A DNA stretch of 64,000 bases, from positions 39,589 to 103,588 of the forward strand of contig JADGCY010000009.1 of NCBI GenBank assembly GCA_015228685.1. The letters run 5' to 3'. Shown here piece by piece: positions 1 to 10,252 of this stretch. Numbering within the stretch: the stretch's first letter is position 1; each line of letters starts with the position of its first letter. Made by a program: the position numbers and the translations under genes. The DNA comes from Desulfobacterales bacterium. Lineage in GTDB: Bacteria; Desulfobacterota; Desulfobacteria; Desulfobacterales; YD0425bin51. Below the pieces are notes generated by a model, which worked only from the letters and a program-made list of their open reading frames with translations, was not told the origin of the DNA and searched no databases.

Positions 1-1050
1 AGTGATACTTTTATAGTAACCCTTATCATTTTTTGTACAGGTGGTTTTGGAAGTATATTTTCTTTCCTTTATCTTGTAGTAATTATGTATTCAAGCCTCC
101 TTTTATTTAGAAAAGGGAGTATTATTATGGCTTCAATTTGCAGCATTCAGTATGGAGTCATGATTGATTTAGAATATTACAAAATAATTATACCTTTTGG
201 AATAGAAGAAAATATACTTGCTTTAAGTTATGACTGGGTTTTTATATTGTATAGAATAATAATGCTTATAATGGCTTGTTTTGCAGTTGCATTACTTAGT
301 GGATTTTTATCTGAGCAGATTAAAAGGACAAGAAAAGAACTTTTAGTAATGGAAGAACAGGTTAAACGTGTTGAAAAGGTAGCTGTTATTGGTGAAATGG
401 CAGCTAGCATGGCTCATGAAATTAAAAATCCTTTAGCATCGTTAATTGGAGCTATCCAGATATTAAAGGAAGAGCTTCCTCCAAATGCTCATCAAGATAA
501 GCTGATGGCAATTATAAATAGAGAAGCTGAAAGACTTAATATGTTGCTTACTAATTTTTTGTTTTTCACAAAACCTGTGACTAGCAGTATTAAAGCAATT
601 GATTTAGCTAAAGTAATAGATGAAATAGTATCGCTTTTTGAAAAAGATAAATGCTGCAGAGATAGAATAACAATTTCTACAAAGTTTAATCCAAATATTT
701 TTGTTGAAATGGATCAGTCTCATTTATGTCAGGTAATGTGGAACCTTTTAATTAATTCTGCAGAGGCAATAAAAGATAAAGGGATTATATCTATTGATAT
801 ATATAAAACAAAAAGAGGGTATGCATGTATAAGAATTTCAGATAATGGATGTGGAATTTCAGAAAAAGATTTAAATTCTATTTTTGACCCATTTTTTACT
901 ACTAAGAGTAAAGGTACAGGTCTTGGATTATCTATTGTTAATAGAATATTAGAATCATATGATGGAGAGTTAGATGTAGAAAGCAAAATTGGAATTGGCA
1001 CAACATTTACATTGAGTTTAAAGTTGATTAATTTTAATATTGATAAGTAA
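1..1050 (+). CDS. Membrane sensor histidine kinase (HisKA + HATPase_c), truncated at the 5' end by the window edge
   Basis: Frame 1 is open from position 1 and encodes a hydrophobic TM segment before the first Met at 85. H-box 'MAHEIKNPLASL', N/G boxes 'NLLINSAEA' and 'GTGLGLSIV'. Confidence 0.8.
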   Translation, partial: SDTFIVTLIIFCTGGFGSIFSFLYLVVIMYSSLLLFRKGSIIMASICSIQYGVMIDLEYYKIIIPFGIEENILALSYDWVFILYRIIMLIMACFAVALLSGFLSEQIKRTRKELLVMEEQVKRVEKVAVIGEMAASMAHEIKNPLASLIGAIQILKEELPPNAHQDKLMAIINREAERLNMLLTNFLFFTKPVTSSIKAIDLAKVIDEIVSLFEKDKCCRDRITISTKFNPNIFVEMDQSHLCQVMWNLLINSAEAIKDKGIISIDIYKTKRGYACIRISDNGCGISEKDLNSIFDPFFTTKSKGTGLGLSIVNRILESYDGELDVESKIGIGTTFTLSLKLINFNIDK

Positions 1051-1087
1051 AGTGATCTAAAAATTCAAATTAATAAAGAGGACTTTT

Positions 1088-2566
1088 ATGGATAAAGAAA
1101 GTGATATTATTGAAAAGCGTAAAAAAAAGAATGAAGATTTATTAAATCAAGGTATTAACCTTTTTCCAAATGATTTTAAAGTATCAAATACAATAAAAGA
1201 TTTTAAGGCAACAGTTGATAGTTATTCAAGCGAATGCCATGAAGGGAAAGAAGTATTGGTAGTTGCCGGTCGTATGATGGCAATTAACAGATTTGGCAAA
1301 GCATCTTTCATAAGAATTAAGGATAGAACAGGTCTTGTTCAAGCATATATTGCAAAGGAAAAAGTAGGAGAAAACTCTTATGCTCTTTTTAAACAACTTG
1401 ATGTAGGTGATTTTGTTGGAATAAAAGGGAGTCCTTTTAAAACTAAAACAGGTGAATGGACTCTTTTAGCAACTGAAATATCTCTTTTATGTAAAGCAAC
1501 TAAACCTTTGCCCGAAAAATTTCATGGATTAAAAGACCCTGAAAAGCGTTACCGTCAGAGATATATAGATCTTATAATGAACTCTGAAGTACGAGATATA
1601 TTTATTAAAAGAAGTAAGATTGTACAAGCAGTTAGAGCTTTCTTATTATCCTATGATTTTCTTGAAGTTGAAACTCCTATGATGCAGCCAATTCCTGGAG
1701 GAGCAGAAGCTGCTCCTTTTGTCACTCACCATAAAACATTAGATATGAACATGTATCTTAGAATTGCTCCGGAGCTTTATCTAAAAAGGCTTGTAGTCGG
1801 AGGGTTTGAAAGAGTTTTTGAAATTAATAGAAATTTTAGGAATGAAGGTGTTTCAACTCAACACAATCCTGAATTTACAATGATGGAATTTTATATGGCA
1901 TATGCCACTTATCTTGATCTCATGACATTAACAGAAGAAATGTTTAGATATGTAGCAAAAGATGTGGTTGGTTCAGATACTTTTTTGTATCAAGAAAATA
2001 ATATTTCATTTTCTGGAACATGGAAAAGAATTCCACTTTTAAATTCGCTTATAGAAATAGGAGGAGTTCCTGAAAATATAATTAATGATAAAGCAAAACT
2101 ATTGGATTTTGCTTCCTCAAAAGGTATTAAAATAACAAATGTAAACAGATTTGGAAAAATAATTACAAAATTATTTGATGTTTTGGTTGAGCCAAAGCTT
2201 ATTCAACCAACCTTTATTACAGGTTATCCAGTTGAGGTTTCTCCTCTTTCGAGAAAAAGCGATGAAAATAAAGAACTAACAGATAGATTTGAACTTTTTA
2301 TTGCGGGTCGTGAAATTGCAAATGGATTTTCTGAGTTAAATGATCCAATAGATCAGAAGTATAGATTTATGGAACAGTTGAAGGATAGAGAAGCAGGGGA
2401 TGAAGAGGCTCATCATATGGATGAAGATTATATCGAAGCTTTAGAATATGGTATGCCTCCTACAGCAGGTGAAGGAATAGGAATTGATAGACTAGTAATG
2501 CTTCTTACAAACTCACCATCGATTAGAGAAGTAATTTTATTCCCTCATATGAGAACTAAAAATTAA
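1088..2566 (+). CDS. lysS: Lysyl-tRNA synthetase (class II)
   Basis: Length 492 aa. N-terminal OB-fold, class II motifs ('FRNEG', 'GGAEAAPF', C-terminal 'GIGIDRLVMLLT'). RBS AAGAGGA upstream. Confidence 0.92.
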   Translation: MDKESDIIEKRKKKNEDLLNQGINLFPNDFKVSNTIKDFKATVDSYSSECHEGKEVLVVAGRMMAINRFGKASFIRIKDRTGLVQAYIAKEKVGENSYALFKQLDVGDFVGIKGSPFKTKTGEWTLLATEISLLCKATKPLPEKFHGLKDPEKRYRQRYIDLIMNSEVRDIFIKRSKIVQAVRAFLLSYDFLEVETPMMQPIPGGAEAAPFVTHHKTLDMNMYLRIAPELYLKRLVVGGFERVFEINRNFRNEGVSTQHNPEFTMMEFYMAYATYLDLMTLTEEMFRYVAKDVVGSDTFLYQENNISFSGTWKRIPLLNSLIEIGGVPENIINDKAKLLDFASSKGIKITNVNRFGKIITKLFDVLVEPKLIQPTFITGYPVEVSPLSRKSDENKELTDRFELFIAGREIANGFSELNDPIDQKYRFMEQLKDREAGDEEAHHMDEDYIEALEYGMPPTAGEGIGIDRLVMLLTNSPSIREVILFPHMRTKN

Positions 2567-2580
2567 GAAAATATAATTTT

Positions 2581-3798
2581 ATGTCATTTGAATCTTTTAT
2601 TGGCAAACGATATTTAAGAAGTAAGCAAAAGCATGCTTTTATTTCTTTAATAACTCTTTTATCAGTTGCAGGTGTAACAGTTGGTGTTATGGCTTTGATT
2701 GTTGTAATTGCTGTTATGTCAGGGGCTGAAGCAGATTTAAAATCTAAAATACTTTCAGTTGTATCGCATGTTGTAGTAATGAAACATGGTGGAGCTTTTT
2801 CAGATTATAAAAATACAATTGAAAATATTGAAAAAACAGATGGAGTTAATGCTGCTACCCCTTTTGTTTATACTCAGGTTATGCTTAAATCGTCATCTAA
2901 TGCGGCTGGAAGTATTTTAAGAGGAGTAGATCCTGATAATTTTGGAAAGGTTAGTAAAATATTAAGCGATCTACAACTAAAAAAACTATCAAATATAGAC
3001 AGCAAAATACCACAAATAACCTTGGGAAAAGAGTTAGCAAAAACTCTTCAGGTTGATGAAGGAGATAGTCTTTATATTATTTCTCCTAGAGGAATGCTGT
3101 CCCCAATTGGTCATGTACCATCTATGCGAAGATTTCAAGTTGTTGGAGTTTTTAAGTCTGGAATGTATGAATATGATGGTACCTTAGCATATATACATAT
3201 TAAAGAAGCTCAAAAGATGCTTCATATGGATAATGCAGTAACTGGGATTGAAGTACGAATAAAAGATATTTACAAGGCAAAAGAAATCTCAGATAGGATC
3301 CTTTCAAATTTAGGGTTTACTTATTGGGCAAAAGACTGGATGGAAATGAATCAAAATTTATTTTCAGCCTTAAAATTAGAAAAAACTGTAATGTTTATTA
3401 TATTAACCCTTATTATTTTAGTTGCCGCATTTAATATAGCCAGCATGTTAATTATGATGGTGATGGAGAAGACAAAAGATATAGCAATTCTTAAGGCAAT
3501 GGGTGCAACTGATAAAAGTATTTATAAGATTTTTGTTTTCAAAGGTATGGCTATAGGGAGCTTGGGAACAATTTTGGGACTTGTTTTAGGACTTATTTTA
3601 TGTATTCTTCTTAAACAATATCAATTTATAGACCTTCCCGGCGATGTCTATCCTTTTAGTAAATTACCTGTTAAAATAGAGATATTAGATATTTCCTCAA
3701 TTGCTATTTCAGCAATGTTTATATGTTTTTTGGCAACGCTTTATCCAGCGAGGCGTGCATCTAAATTAAATCCTGTTGAAGCTATTCGTTATGGTTGA
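2581..3798 (+). CDS. lolE: Lipoprotein-releasing system permease, LolC/LolE family (FtsX-like)
   Basis: Length 405 aa. N-terminal TM, large periplasmic loop, C-terminal FtsX-type three TM helices. Followed by lolD. Confidence 0.8.
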   Translation: MSFESFIGKRYLRSKQKHAFISLITLLSVAGVTVGVMALIVVIAVMSGAEADLKSKILSVVSHVVVMKHGGAFSDYKNTIENIEKTDGVNAATPFVYTQVMLKSSSNAAGSILRGVDPDNFGKVSKILSDLQLKKLSNIDSKIPQITLGKELAKTLQVDEGDSLYIISPRGMLSPIGHVPSMRRFQVVGVFKSGMYEYDGTLAYIHIKEAQKMLHMDNAVTGIEVRIKDIYKAKEISDRILSNLGFTYWAKDWMEMNQNLFSALKLEKTVMFIILTLIILVAAFNIASMLIMMVMEKTKDIAILKAMGATDKSIYKIFVFKGMAIGSLGTILGLVLGLILCILLKQYQFIDLPGDVYPFSKLPVKIEILDISSIAISAMFICFLATLYPARRASKLNPVEAIRYG

Positions 3799-3806
3799 TA
3801 AAATAA

Positions 3807-4478
3807 TTGTCTTGTATGTTGAAAATTAATTCATACACAATCAGAGATGAGATATTTATGGATGTTTTAGAAATCATCCATAAATATTTAAGTGAGATAC
3901 CTTATGCTATAGTCGGAGGAGGGGCTGTACAGATATATACATCATCAATTGCAATAAAAAAAAAAGTTATAGATTCAATAAAAGATATTAATGGCTTGTC
4001 ATTTATGTTCAGAAAAACTGGAGATATTGATTTGTCTTTTTTATATGATCTATCTGAGCTTATCAAAACCTTTAATATGATTATAGAACAATATTCAGAT
4101 GTCTATAAATTTCATAGTTTCATTAAAAGATTTGTTATTCAAAAAGGTAATCATAGGTTAAATCTGAATTATCAAACAGAACCTAATGATTTAAAAGGAA
4201 TTCGATCATATTATGATGATATTATACATACCGCAATAACAGTTTGCCTTCCATACAGGAATAAAATCATCGAAGTCAAAACTGCAAAACCTGAATATAT
4301 AGTTGCATCTAAGCTTACAAGGATTAAACCTAAAGATCAGATAGATATAATGATTTTACTTAAAGCTGTAGATATGGATAATTATCCCTTTGATTCTGAA
4401 GAAGTGAGATCTATCCTCAAATCAGTAAATAAAGAAGACAATTATTCAATTCTTATGGATATCATGGATTCTATGTAG
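3807..4478 (+). CDS. Minimal nucleotidyltransferase-fold protein, AbiEii/DUF1814-like, with no visible partner
   Basis: 'AIVGGGAVQIY...TGDIDLSFLYD' has the hG[GS]...DhDh NTase signature and resembles AbiEii 'GGTAL...SEDIDL'. Sits between lolE and lolD. Start could instead be Met at 3858. Confidence 0.45.
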   Translation: MSCMLKINSYTIRDEIFMDVLEIIHKYLSEIPYAIVGGGAVQIYTSSIAIKKKVIDSIKDINGLSFMFRKTGDIDLSFLYDLSELIKTFNMIIEQYSDVYKFHSFIKRFVIQKGNHRLNLNYQTEPNDLKGIRSYYDDIIHTAITVCLPYRNKIIEVKTAKPEYIVASKLTRIKPKDQIDIMILLKAVDMDNYPFDSEEVRSILKSVNKEDNYSILMDIMDSM

Positions 4479-4551
4479 TTCTTGACACTTAACTTTAAAT
4501 AGGTTAGCAAGGAGAACTTATTTTTCAATATTTTATAATTTATGAAAATTT

Positions 4552-5244
4552 ATGCAAAATGACAATTATAGTTTTATAAGTCTTAAAGGTATTTATAAGA
4601 CCTTTAAGAATAATGGTGTTAATGTAGAGATTCTAAAAGAGCTTTGTTTTGATATAAATAAAGGTGATACTATTGCTATTGTTGGTGCATCTGGAATTGG
4701 CAAGTCAACCCTTCTTCACATTTTAGGTACATTAGACAGACCAGATATAGGAACAATTTTATTTGAAGAAAAAGATGTTTTCCTTTTTGATGATAAAAAA
4801 TTAGCAAAATTTAGAAATCAGTTTATTGGATTTGTTTTTCAATTTCATCATCTTTTACCTGAATTTTCTACTATTGAAAATGTTATGATGCCTGCTTTGA
4901 TTCAAGGTTATAATAAAAAAGAATCAAAAGATATGGCAGAATCAATTTTAGTTAGAGTTGGATTAAAAGAAAGACTTTATTTTAGAACAAATCAGCTATC
5001 AGGTGGTGAACAGCAGAGGACTGCTCTAGCTAGATCTCTTATCATGAATCCAATGGTACTTTTAGCAGATGAACCAACAGGTAATCTTGATAAAAGGAAT
5101 AGTAATCAAGTTCATGATCTACTAATGGAACTGAATCGCGAGTTATCCATGACTATGGTTGTTGTAACGCATAATATGGAACTTGCAGGTTTAATGAATC
5201 ATCGCGTAACTATTGTTGATGGACAGTTATTAGAAACAAGTTGA
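4552..5244 (+). CDS. lolD: Lipoprotein-releasing system ATP-binding protein
   Basis: Walker A 'GASGIGKST', ABC signature 'LSGGEQQRTALARSL', Walker B 'LLADEPTGNLD'. Confidence 0.88.
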   Translation: MQNDNYSFISLKGIYKTFKNNGVNVEILKELCFDINKGDTIAIVGASGIGKSTLLHILGTLDRPDIGTILFEEKDVFLFDDKKLAKFRNQFIGFVFQFHHLLPEFSTIENVMMPALIQGYNKKESKDMAESILVRVGLKERLYFRTNQLSGGEQQRTALARSLIMNPMVLLADEPTGNLDKRNSNQVHDLLMELNRELSMTMVVVTHNMELAGLMNHRVTIVDGQLLETS

Positions 5245-7868
5245 GGTGTTTTCAAATGCAAAGGTATTTTTTATTGTTTATTTTTTGTCTTTTTACTTCA
5301 CTTGCCTATTCAGGCCAAGATAATCCACGAATAATAATCCTTCCTTTTGATATTCATTCAAAAGAAGATATATCTTATTTATCAACTAAGATACCAGATG
5401 TTATTAAGAAAAATTTGAAAGAACATCAAGCAGTAATAATTGATAATGTTATTTTTCCTAAACAAATTAAAGATAATTTAGAATTAAAAAAAATTGGGAT
5501 CACAAATGATGCAGATTATATAATTGCAGGAACTCTTACAAGAATAGGAGAGGAATTTAGCTTAGATTTAAGATTAATTCAGACTTTTTCAAATGATCCT
5601 GTTAAACCTTTTTTTGTGCAAGGTAAAGGAATTGAAAATATTTCTGGACTTGTTGAAACTTTATCAACTGATATAATTGCAAATATTTTTAAAGAAACAA
5701 AGATTGCTGTAATAGAAATATTGGGAAATAAAAGAATTGAAGCTGATGCAATCAAACGTTCCATAAAGAGCAAAGAAGGGGATATATTTAGTTCTGAAAA
5801 ACTCTCAAAAGATTTAAAATCTGTTTTTGCAATGGGATACTTTGAGGATGTAAGGGTTGAACAGGAGGAGATAAAATCTGGAAAAAAAGTTAGCTTTTTT
5901 GTAGTTGAAAAACCTACAATAAAAGTAATCAATATAAAAGGTAACAAAGCTTATACAGGTGAGGAGATAAAAAAAGCATTAACAATTAATACAGGCTCTA
6001 TATTAAATATTAAGCAGCTTAAAAGTAACGTTTCAAGAATAGAAGAGCTTTATAAGGAAAAAAATTATCATAATGTTAAAGTAAGCTATAAAACAAATGC
6101 TTTGGATCATAACCAAGTTGATCTTGATTTTGTTATAGAAGAAGGGGAAAAACTTAAAATAAAAAAGATTACTTTCATTGGTAATAAAGCTTATAAAGAA
6201 AAAGAATTAAAGAAATTAATGAAAAGTTCTGAGAAAGGTTTTTTTTCATTTCTTACTTCTTCTGGTGAGTATAATATTGAAAATTTAAATAGGGACGGGG
6301 CAGAAATTGCTAATTTTTATCAAGATAATGGCTACATAGACTGTAAAGTCAGCGAACCTCAAGTGGATTTTAAGGATAACTCAATATATATTACAATAAA
6401 GTTAGATGAAGGTATGCAGTTTAAAGTAGGTAAAGTTGATATTGAGGGAGATTTTATTTTAACTAAGGATGATTTATTAAAAGATGTCAAAATAAAAAAA
6501 GAAAAAATTTTTAGCAGGAAAGTTGTTCAGGATGACATTATTAAACTTACTGATAATTATTCTGATAAAGGTTATGCTTATGCTGACATAATGCCGCGAG
6601 TGGATAAAAATGTTGAAAAATTATCAGTTGATATTACTTACGTAATAGAAAAGGGTAAAGAAGTTTATTTTGAGAGAATTTTAATAAGTGGGAATACAAA
6701 AACCAGAGATAAAGTGATTCGTCGTGAGCTTCCAGTCTATGAGCAGGAATTATATAGTGGTCAGAAATTAAAAAGGGGTGTTCGTAATCTATATCGTTTA
6801 GATTTTTTTGAAGATATTAAAGTTGATACAGCAAAAGGAAGTTCTGATGATAAAATGGTTTTAAAAATTGATTTAAAAGAGAAACCAACAGGAGCTTTTA
6901 CTTTTGGAGGCGGATACAGTAGTGTTGAGTCATTTTTTTTAACAGGTTCTGTTTCACAAAAGAATATGCAGGGACTAGGTCAGGTACTTCAATTGAAAGC
7001 TCAATTTGGAGGAATAACAAATCGCTATACAGTAAGTTTTACAGAACCATGGTTGTTTGATATACCTCTTTCAGGAGGTTTTGATCTATATAACTGGGAC
7101 ACAGAATACGATACCTATGATAAACACAGCATAGGAGGCGGGCTTAGGTCTAGTTATCTAATATTTGACTTTACAAGGGCATATATTTCCTATTCTTATG
7201 AAACTGCAAATATTGAAAATGTAACTGTTGATGCTCCTGATGTAATAAAGGAAATGATTGGAGAAAATGTTACAAGCACAATAACTACAAGTTTAGATTA
7301 TGATTCAAGAGATAGAATTTTTAACCCTACTGAAGGTTCTCAGCATACTGTCACATTTCAGTATTCAGGTCTTGGTGGAGATGTTGGTTTCACAAAGTAT
7401 TTGATAGAGAGTGGAAAATATTTTCCATTGTTTTGGGATACGGTTGGATTTTTACATGGTGCATGCGGATTTGTATATCAAAATCCAGCAAAAAAATTAC
7501 CATCATATGAGCGTTTTTATCTTGGTGGCTTAAATTCTTTACGCGGTTTTAAGTGGCAGGAGCTTAGTCCTGTTGATAATAATGGAATAAAGATAGGTGG
7601 AAATAAATTTGTTCAGTTTAATGTAGAATATTTAATACCTTTAATAAAAAAAGCAGGGCTTGTTGGAGTTGTTTTTTATGATACAGGTAATGTCTGGGAT
7701 AATAATGTAGATATAGATTTAGGAAATCTGCGCAGATGCGCAGGATATGGATTTAGATGGTATTCTCCAATAGGTCCAATTCGTTTGGAATGTGGTTATA
7801 TTCTTGATAAAAAAGATGGAGAAAGCGAAGGAGGGCGCTGGGATTTTACGATGGGAACAGCGTTTTAA
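5241..7868 (+). CDS. bamA: Outer membrane protein assembly factor BamA (POTRA repeats + Omp85 barrel)
   Basis: Length 875 aa. Signal peptide, five POTRA-like repeats, C-terminal beta-barrel ending in aromatic residues. Conserved position upstream of skp-lpxD. Confidence 0.9.
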   Translation: MRCFQMQRYFLLFIFCLFTSLAYSGQDNPRIIILPFDIHSKEDISYLSTKIPDVIKKNLKEHQAVIIDNVIFPKQIKDNLELKKIGITNDADYIIAGTLTRIGEEFSLDLRLIQTFSNDPVKPFFVQGKGIENISGLVETLSTDIIANIFKETKIAVIEILGNKRIEADAIKRSIKSKEGDIFSSEKLSKDLKSVFAMGYFEDVRVEQEEIKSGKKVSFFVVEKPTIKVINIKGNKAYTGEEIKKALTINTGSILNIKQLKSNVSRIEELYKEKNYHNVKVSYKTNALDHNQVDLDFVIEEGEKLKIKKITFIGNKAYKEKELKKLMKSSEKGFFSFLTSSGEYNIENLNRDGAEIANFYQDNGYIDCKVSEPQVDFKDNSIYITIKLDEGMQFKVGKVDIEGDFILTKDDLLKDVKIKKEKIFSRKVVQDDIIKLTDNYSDKGYAYADIMPRVDKNVEKLSVDITYVIEKGKEVYFERILISGNTKTRDKVIRRELPVYEQELYSGQKLKRGVRNLYRLDFFEDIKVDTAKGSSDDKMVLKIDLKEKPTGAFTFGGGYSSVESFFLTGSVSQKNMQGLGQVLQLKAQFGGITNRYTVSFTEPWLFDIPLSGGFDLYNWDTEYDTYDKHSIGGGLRSSYLIFDFTRAYISYSYETANIENVTVDAPDVIKEMIGENVTSTITTSLDYDSRDRIFNPTEGSQHTVTFQYSGLGGDVGFTKYLIESGKYFPLFWDTVGFLHGACGFVYQNPAKKLPSYERFYLGGLNSLRGFKWQELSPVDNNGIKIGGNKFVQFNVEYLIPLIKKAGLVGVVFYDTGNVWDNNVDIDLGNLRRCAGYGFRWYSPIGPIRLECGYILDKKDGESEGGRWDFTMGTAF

Positions 7869-7906
7869 CTTATTATTTATAAATTAAATTATTTCAAGGA
7901 GGATAA

Positions 7907-8437
7907 ATGCAGAAGAAGGTTGTAGTTTTTTTAATTGGTTTATTTTGTTTACTTGTTATTCCTGTTTATTCAGCAGAAGTTAAAATTGCAGTTATAGATT
8001 TTCAAACTATTTTTGATGTTTCTGAGATAGGAAAGGCAGCAAAAGATGATGTAAATCGACAAGGTGAAAAAATGGCTGCAGAAGTTAAGAAAAAAAGAGC
8101 AGAGCTTGAAGAAATGAAGAAACAGTTAGAGCGTGATTCAATGGTTGGAAATAAGACTAAACTTGAAGAAAAAGCACGCGACTTTAGAATAAAAGTAGAA
8201 GATTTTAAATTTATGGAACAAAAATATAATGATGAATTTAGGAAAGTGAATGGAGAAGCAGTAAACCGTATTCAGGGTGAAGTAATGGTAATCATCCAGG
8301 AAATTGGTAAAAAAGAAGGATATACTTTGATTTTAGAAAAGCGAGAAACCGGGACATTATATTTATCTAATCAGATTGATATAACAGATAGAATTATTCA
8401 ACTTGCAAATGAAAAATTTAAACAAAAGAAAAAATAA
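7907..8437 (+). CDS. skp: Periplasmic chaperone Skp/OmpH
   Basis: Length 176 aa. Signal peptide, K/E-rich coiled coil. Canonical bamA-skp-lpxD order. RBS AAGGAGGA. Confidence 0.8.
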   Translation: MQKKVVVFLIGLFCLLVIPVYSAEVKIAVIDFQTIFDVSEIGKAAKDDVNRQGEKMAAEVKKKRAELEEMKKQLERDSMVGNKTKLEEKARDFRIKVEDFKFMEQKYNDEFRKVNGEAVNRIQGEVMVIIQEIGKKEGYTLILEKRETGTLYLSNQIDITDRIIQLANEKFKQKKK

Positions 8438-8444
8438 ATAAATT

Positions 8445-9470
8445 ATGGAACTATCACTTGGCGAGGTAACAAAACTTGTTTCAGGAAATTTGATTGGTAA
8501 TCCAGATAAAAAAATTTATGGAGTTGCCCCTTTTGAGAATTCAACAGAGCTTGATATCACTTATGCTGCAGCTCCAAAATTTTTAAAACAAATTGAAAAC
8601 ACGCACGCTTGCGCTGTTATTGTTCCAAAATCATTTAAAGAAGGAAATAAATTCCTTATTCAAGCAGATAATCCCCAAATTGCTTTTATTAAAGTATTAT
8701 CTGCTTTTCACAAACCACTAAAACCACGATACACTATCTCCGAATCAGCATATATTGGAAAAAATGTAATTTTAGGCAAAAATGTTTCAATTGGTCCTTG
8801 TGCTGTTATTCAGGATAATGTGAAAATAGGAGATAGAGTTACTATTCATCCAGGAACTGTTATAGGAAATGATGTTCAAATTGGAGATGATACGCTGATT
8901 TATCCAAATGTCACTATTTTAGATCGTTGTATTTTAGGGAAACGTATTATTATTCATTCAGGTACAGTAATTGGAAGTGATGGTTTTGGTTTTGCTTATG
9001 ATGGTAAAATGAACCATAAAATTAATCATATAGGGATTGTTCAAATAGATGATGATGTTGAAATAGGCGCAAATAATACTATAGATAGAGGTACTTTTGG
9101 AAAAACATGGATCAAAGATGGAGTAAAGACAGATAATTTAGTTCATATAGCTCATAATGTAACAATAGGCGAAAATAGCATAATTGTTGCTCAAGTTGGA
9201 ATAGCTGGAAGCACAAAGCTTGGAAAACGTGTCATATTGGGAGGACAGACCGGAGTTGCTGGTCATATTACAATTGGCGATAATGTTATGGTTGCAGGTC
9301 AATCTGGAGTTAGCAAATCTGTTCCAGAAGGTAAAATTGTATCAGGAACCCCTGAGATGCCTCATGATACGTGGTTAAAAGTTCAAGCTATTATACATAG
9401 ATTACCTGAAATGAGAAAAAAAATAATAGATTTAGAAAAACAATTAAATGAATTAAAAGCAAAGGATTAA
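8445..9470 (+). CDS. lpxD: UDP-3-O-acylglucosamine N-acyltransferase
   Basis: Left-handed beta-helix hexapeptide repeats, N-terminal LpxD domain, C-terminal coiled coil. Confidence 0.88.
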   Translation: MELSLGEVTKLVSGNLIGNPDKKIYGVAPFENSTELDITYAAAPKFLKQIENTHACAVIVPKSFKEGNKFLIQADNPQIAFIKVLSAFHKPLKPRYTISESAYIGKNVILGKNVSIGPCAVIQDNVKIGDRVTIHPGTVIGNDVQIGDDTLIYPNVTILDRCILGKRIIIHSGTVIGSDGFGFAYDGKMNHKINHIGIVQIDDDVEIGANNTIDRGTFGKTWIKDGVKTDNLVHIAHNVTIGENSIIVAQVGIAGSTKLGKRVILGGQTGVAGHITIGDNVMVAGQSGVSKSVPEGKIVSGTPEMPHDTWLKVQAIIHRLPEMRKKIIDLEKQLNELKAKD

Positions 9471-9474
9471 TTTT

Positions 9475-10245
9475 ATGATACATCCAGCCGCAATTGTTGA
9501 TCCAACAGCTAAAGTAGCATCTGATGCTGAGATAGGACCTTACACTGTAATTTCTCATGATGTCATTATCGGAAGCGGAACAATTATTGGACCTAACGTT
9601 GTAATTGAACCTTATACTGAAATTGGTCCAAAATGCAGGATTTTTCAATTTGCTTCCATTGGCGCAATTCCTCAGGCTATTAAATTTGAGGGTGAAAAAA
9701 CACTTTTAAAAATTGGCGGAGGAACTGTCATTAGGGAGTTTGTAACAATTAATCGTGGAACAGGATTTGGGGGAGGAAAAACAGAAGTTGGAGAGGAAAA
9801 CTTTTTAATGGCATATAGTCATATTGCACATGACTGCAAAACAGGAAAAAGAGTAGTTCTCGCTAATAATGCAACTTTAGCTGGACATATTACTATTGGT
9901 AATTATGCAACAATAGGAGGGCTTGTTGCTATACATCAATTTGTCAAAATCGGAGACTATGCATTTGTTGGTGGAAAATCTGCTGTTGTTAAAGATGTTC
10001 CTCCATTTGTCATTGCATCAGGTGATAGAGCAAAGTTATATGGACTGAATTCTGTAGGTCTTAGGCGAAATGGTTTTACAGATGAAAAATTGATTCTTTT
10101 AAAGAAGGCTTATAGAATTATATTTAGAATCGGGCTTGCTTTAAATGAAGCTATACAGCGTGTTAGAGCAGAGATAGAACAGATTCCAGAAGTTGTTGAA
10201 TTTATATCTTTTATTAAATCTTCTGAAAGAGGAATTACTCGTTAA
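9475..10245 (+). CDS. lpxA: Acyl-ACP--UDP-GlcNAc O-acyltransferase
   Basis: Length 256 aa. Hexapeptide repeats. 'MAYSHIAHDCKTG' contains the catalytic His region. Confidence 0.88.
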   Translation: MIHPAAIVDPTAKVASDAEIGPYTVISHDVIIGSGTIIGPNVVIEPYTEIGPKCRIFQFASIGAIPQAIKFEGEKTLLKIGGGTVIREFVTINRGTGFGGGKTEVGEENFLMAYSHIAHDCKTGKRVVLANNATLAGHITIGNYATIGGLVAIHQFVKIGDYAFVGGKSAVVKDVPPFVIASGDRAKLYGLNSVGLRRNGFTDEKLILLKKAYRIIFRIGLALNEAIQRVRAEIEQIPEVVEFISFIKSSERGITR

Positions 10246-10252
10246 TTTAAAT

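Noticed and set aside
5579-5947. 122-aa antisense ORF inside bamA (and similar antisense ORFs at 20963..21229, 21851..22219, 56357..56670, 57295..58044)
   Set aside because: They are wholly contained in the opposite strand of high-confidence conserved genes, have skewed composition, and have no RBS.
10193-10252. Upstream extension of the lpxI ORF overlapping the lpxA 3' end
   Set aside because: The conserved LpxI N-terminus 'MNKIGLIAG' begins at 10253. The extension overlaps lpxA by 53 nt and is unlikely.
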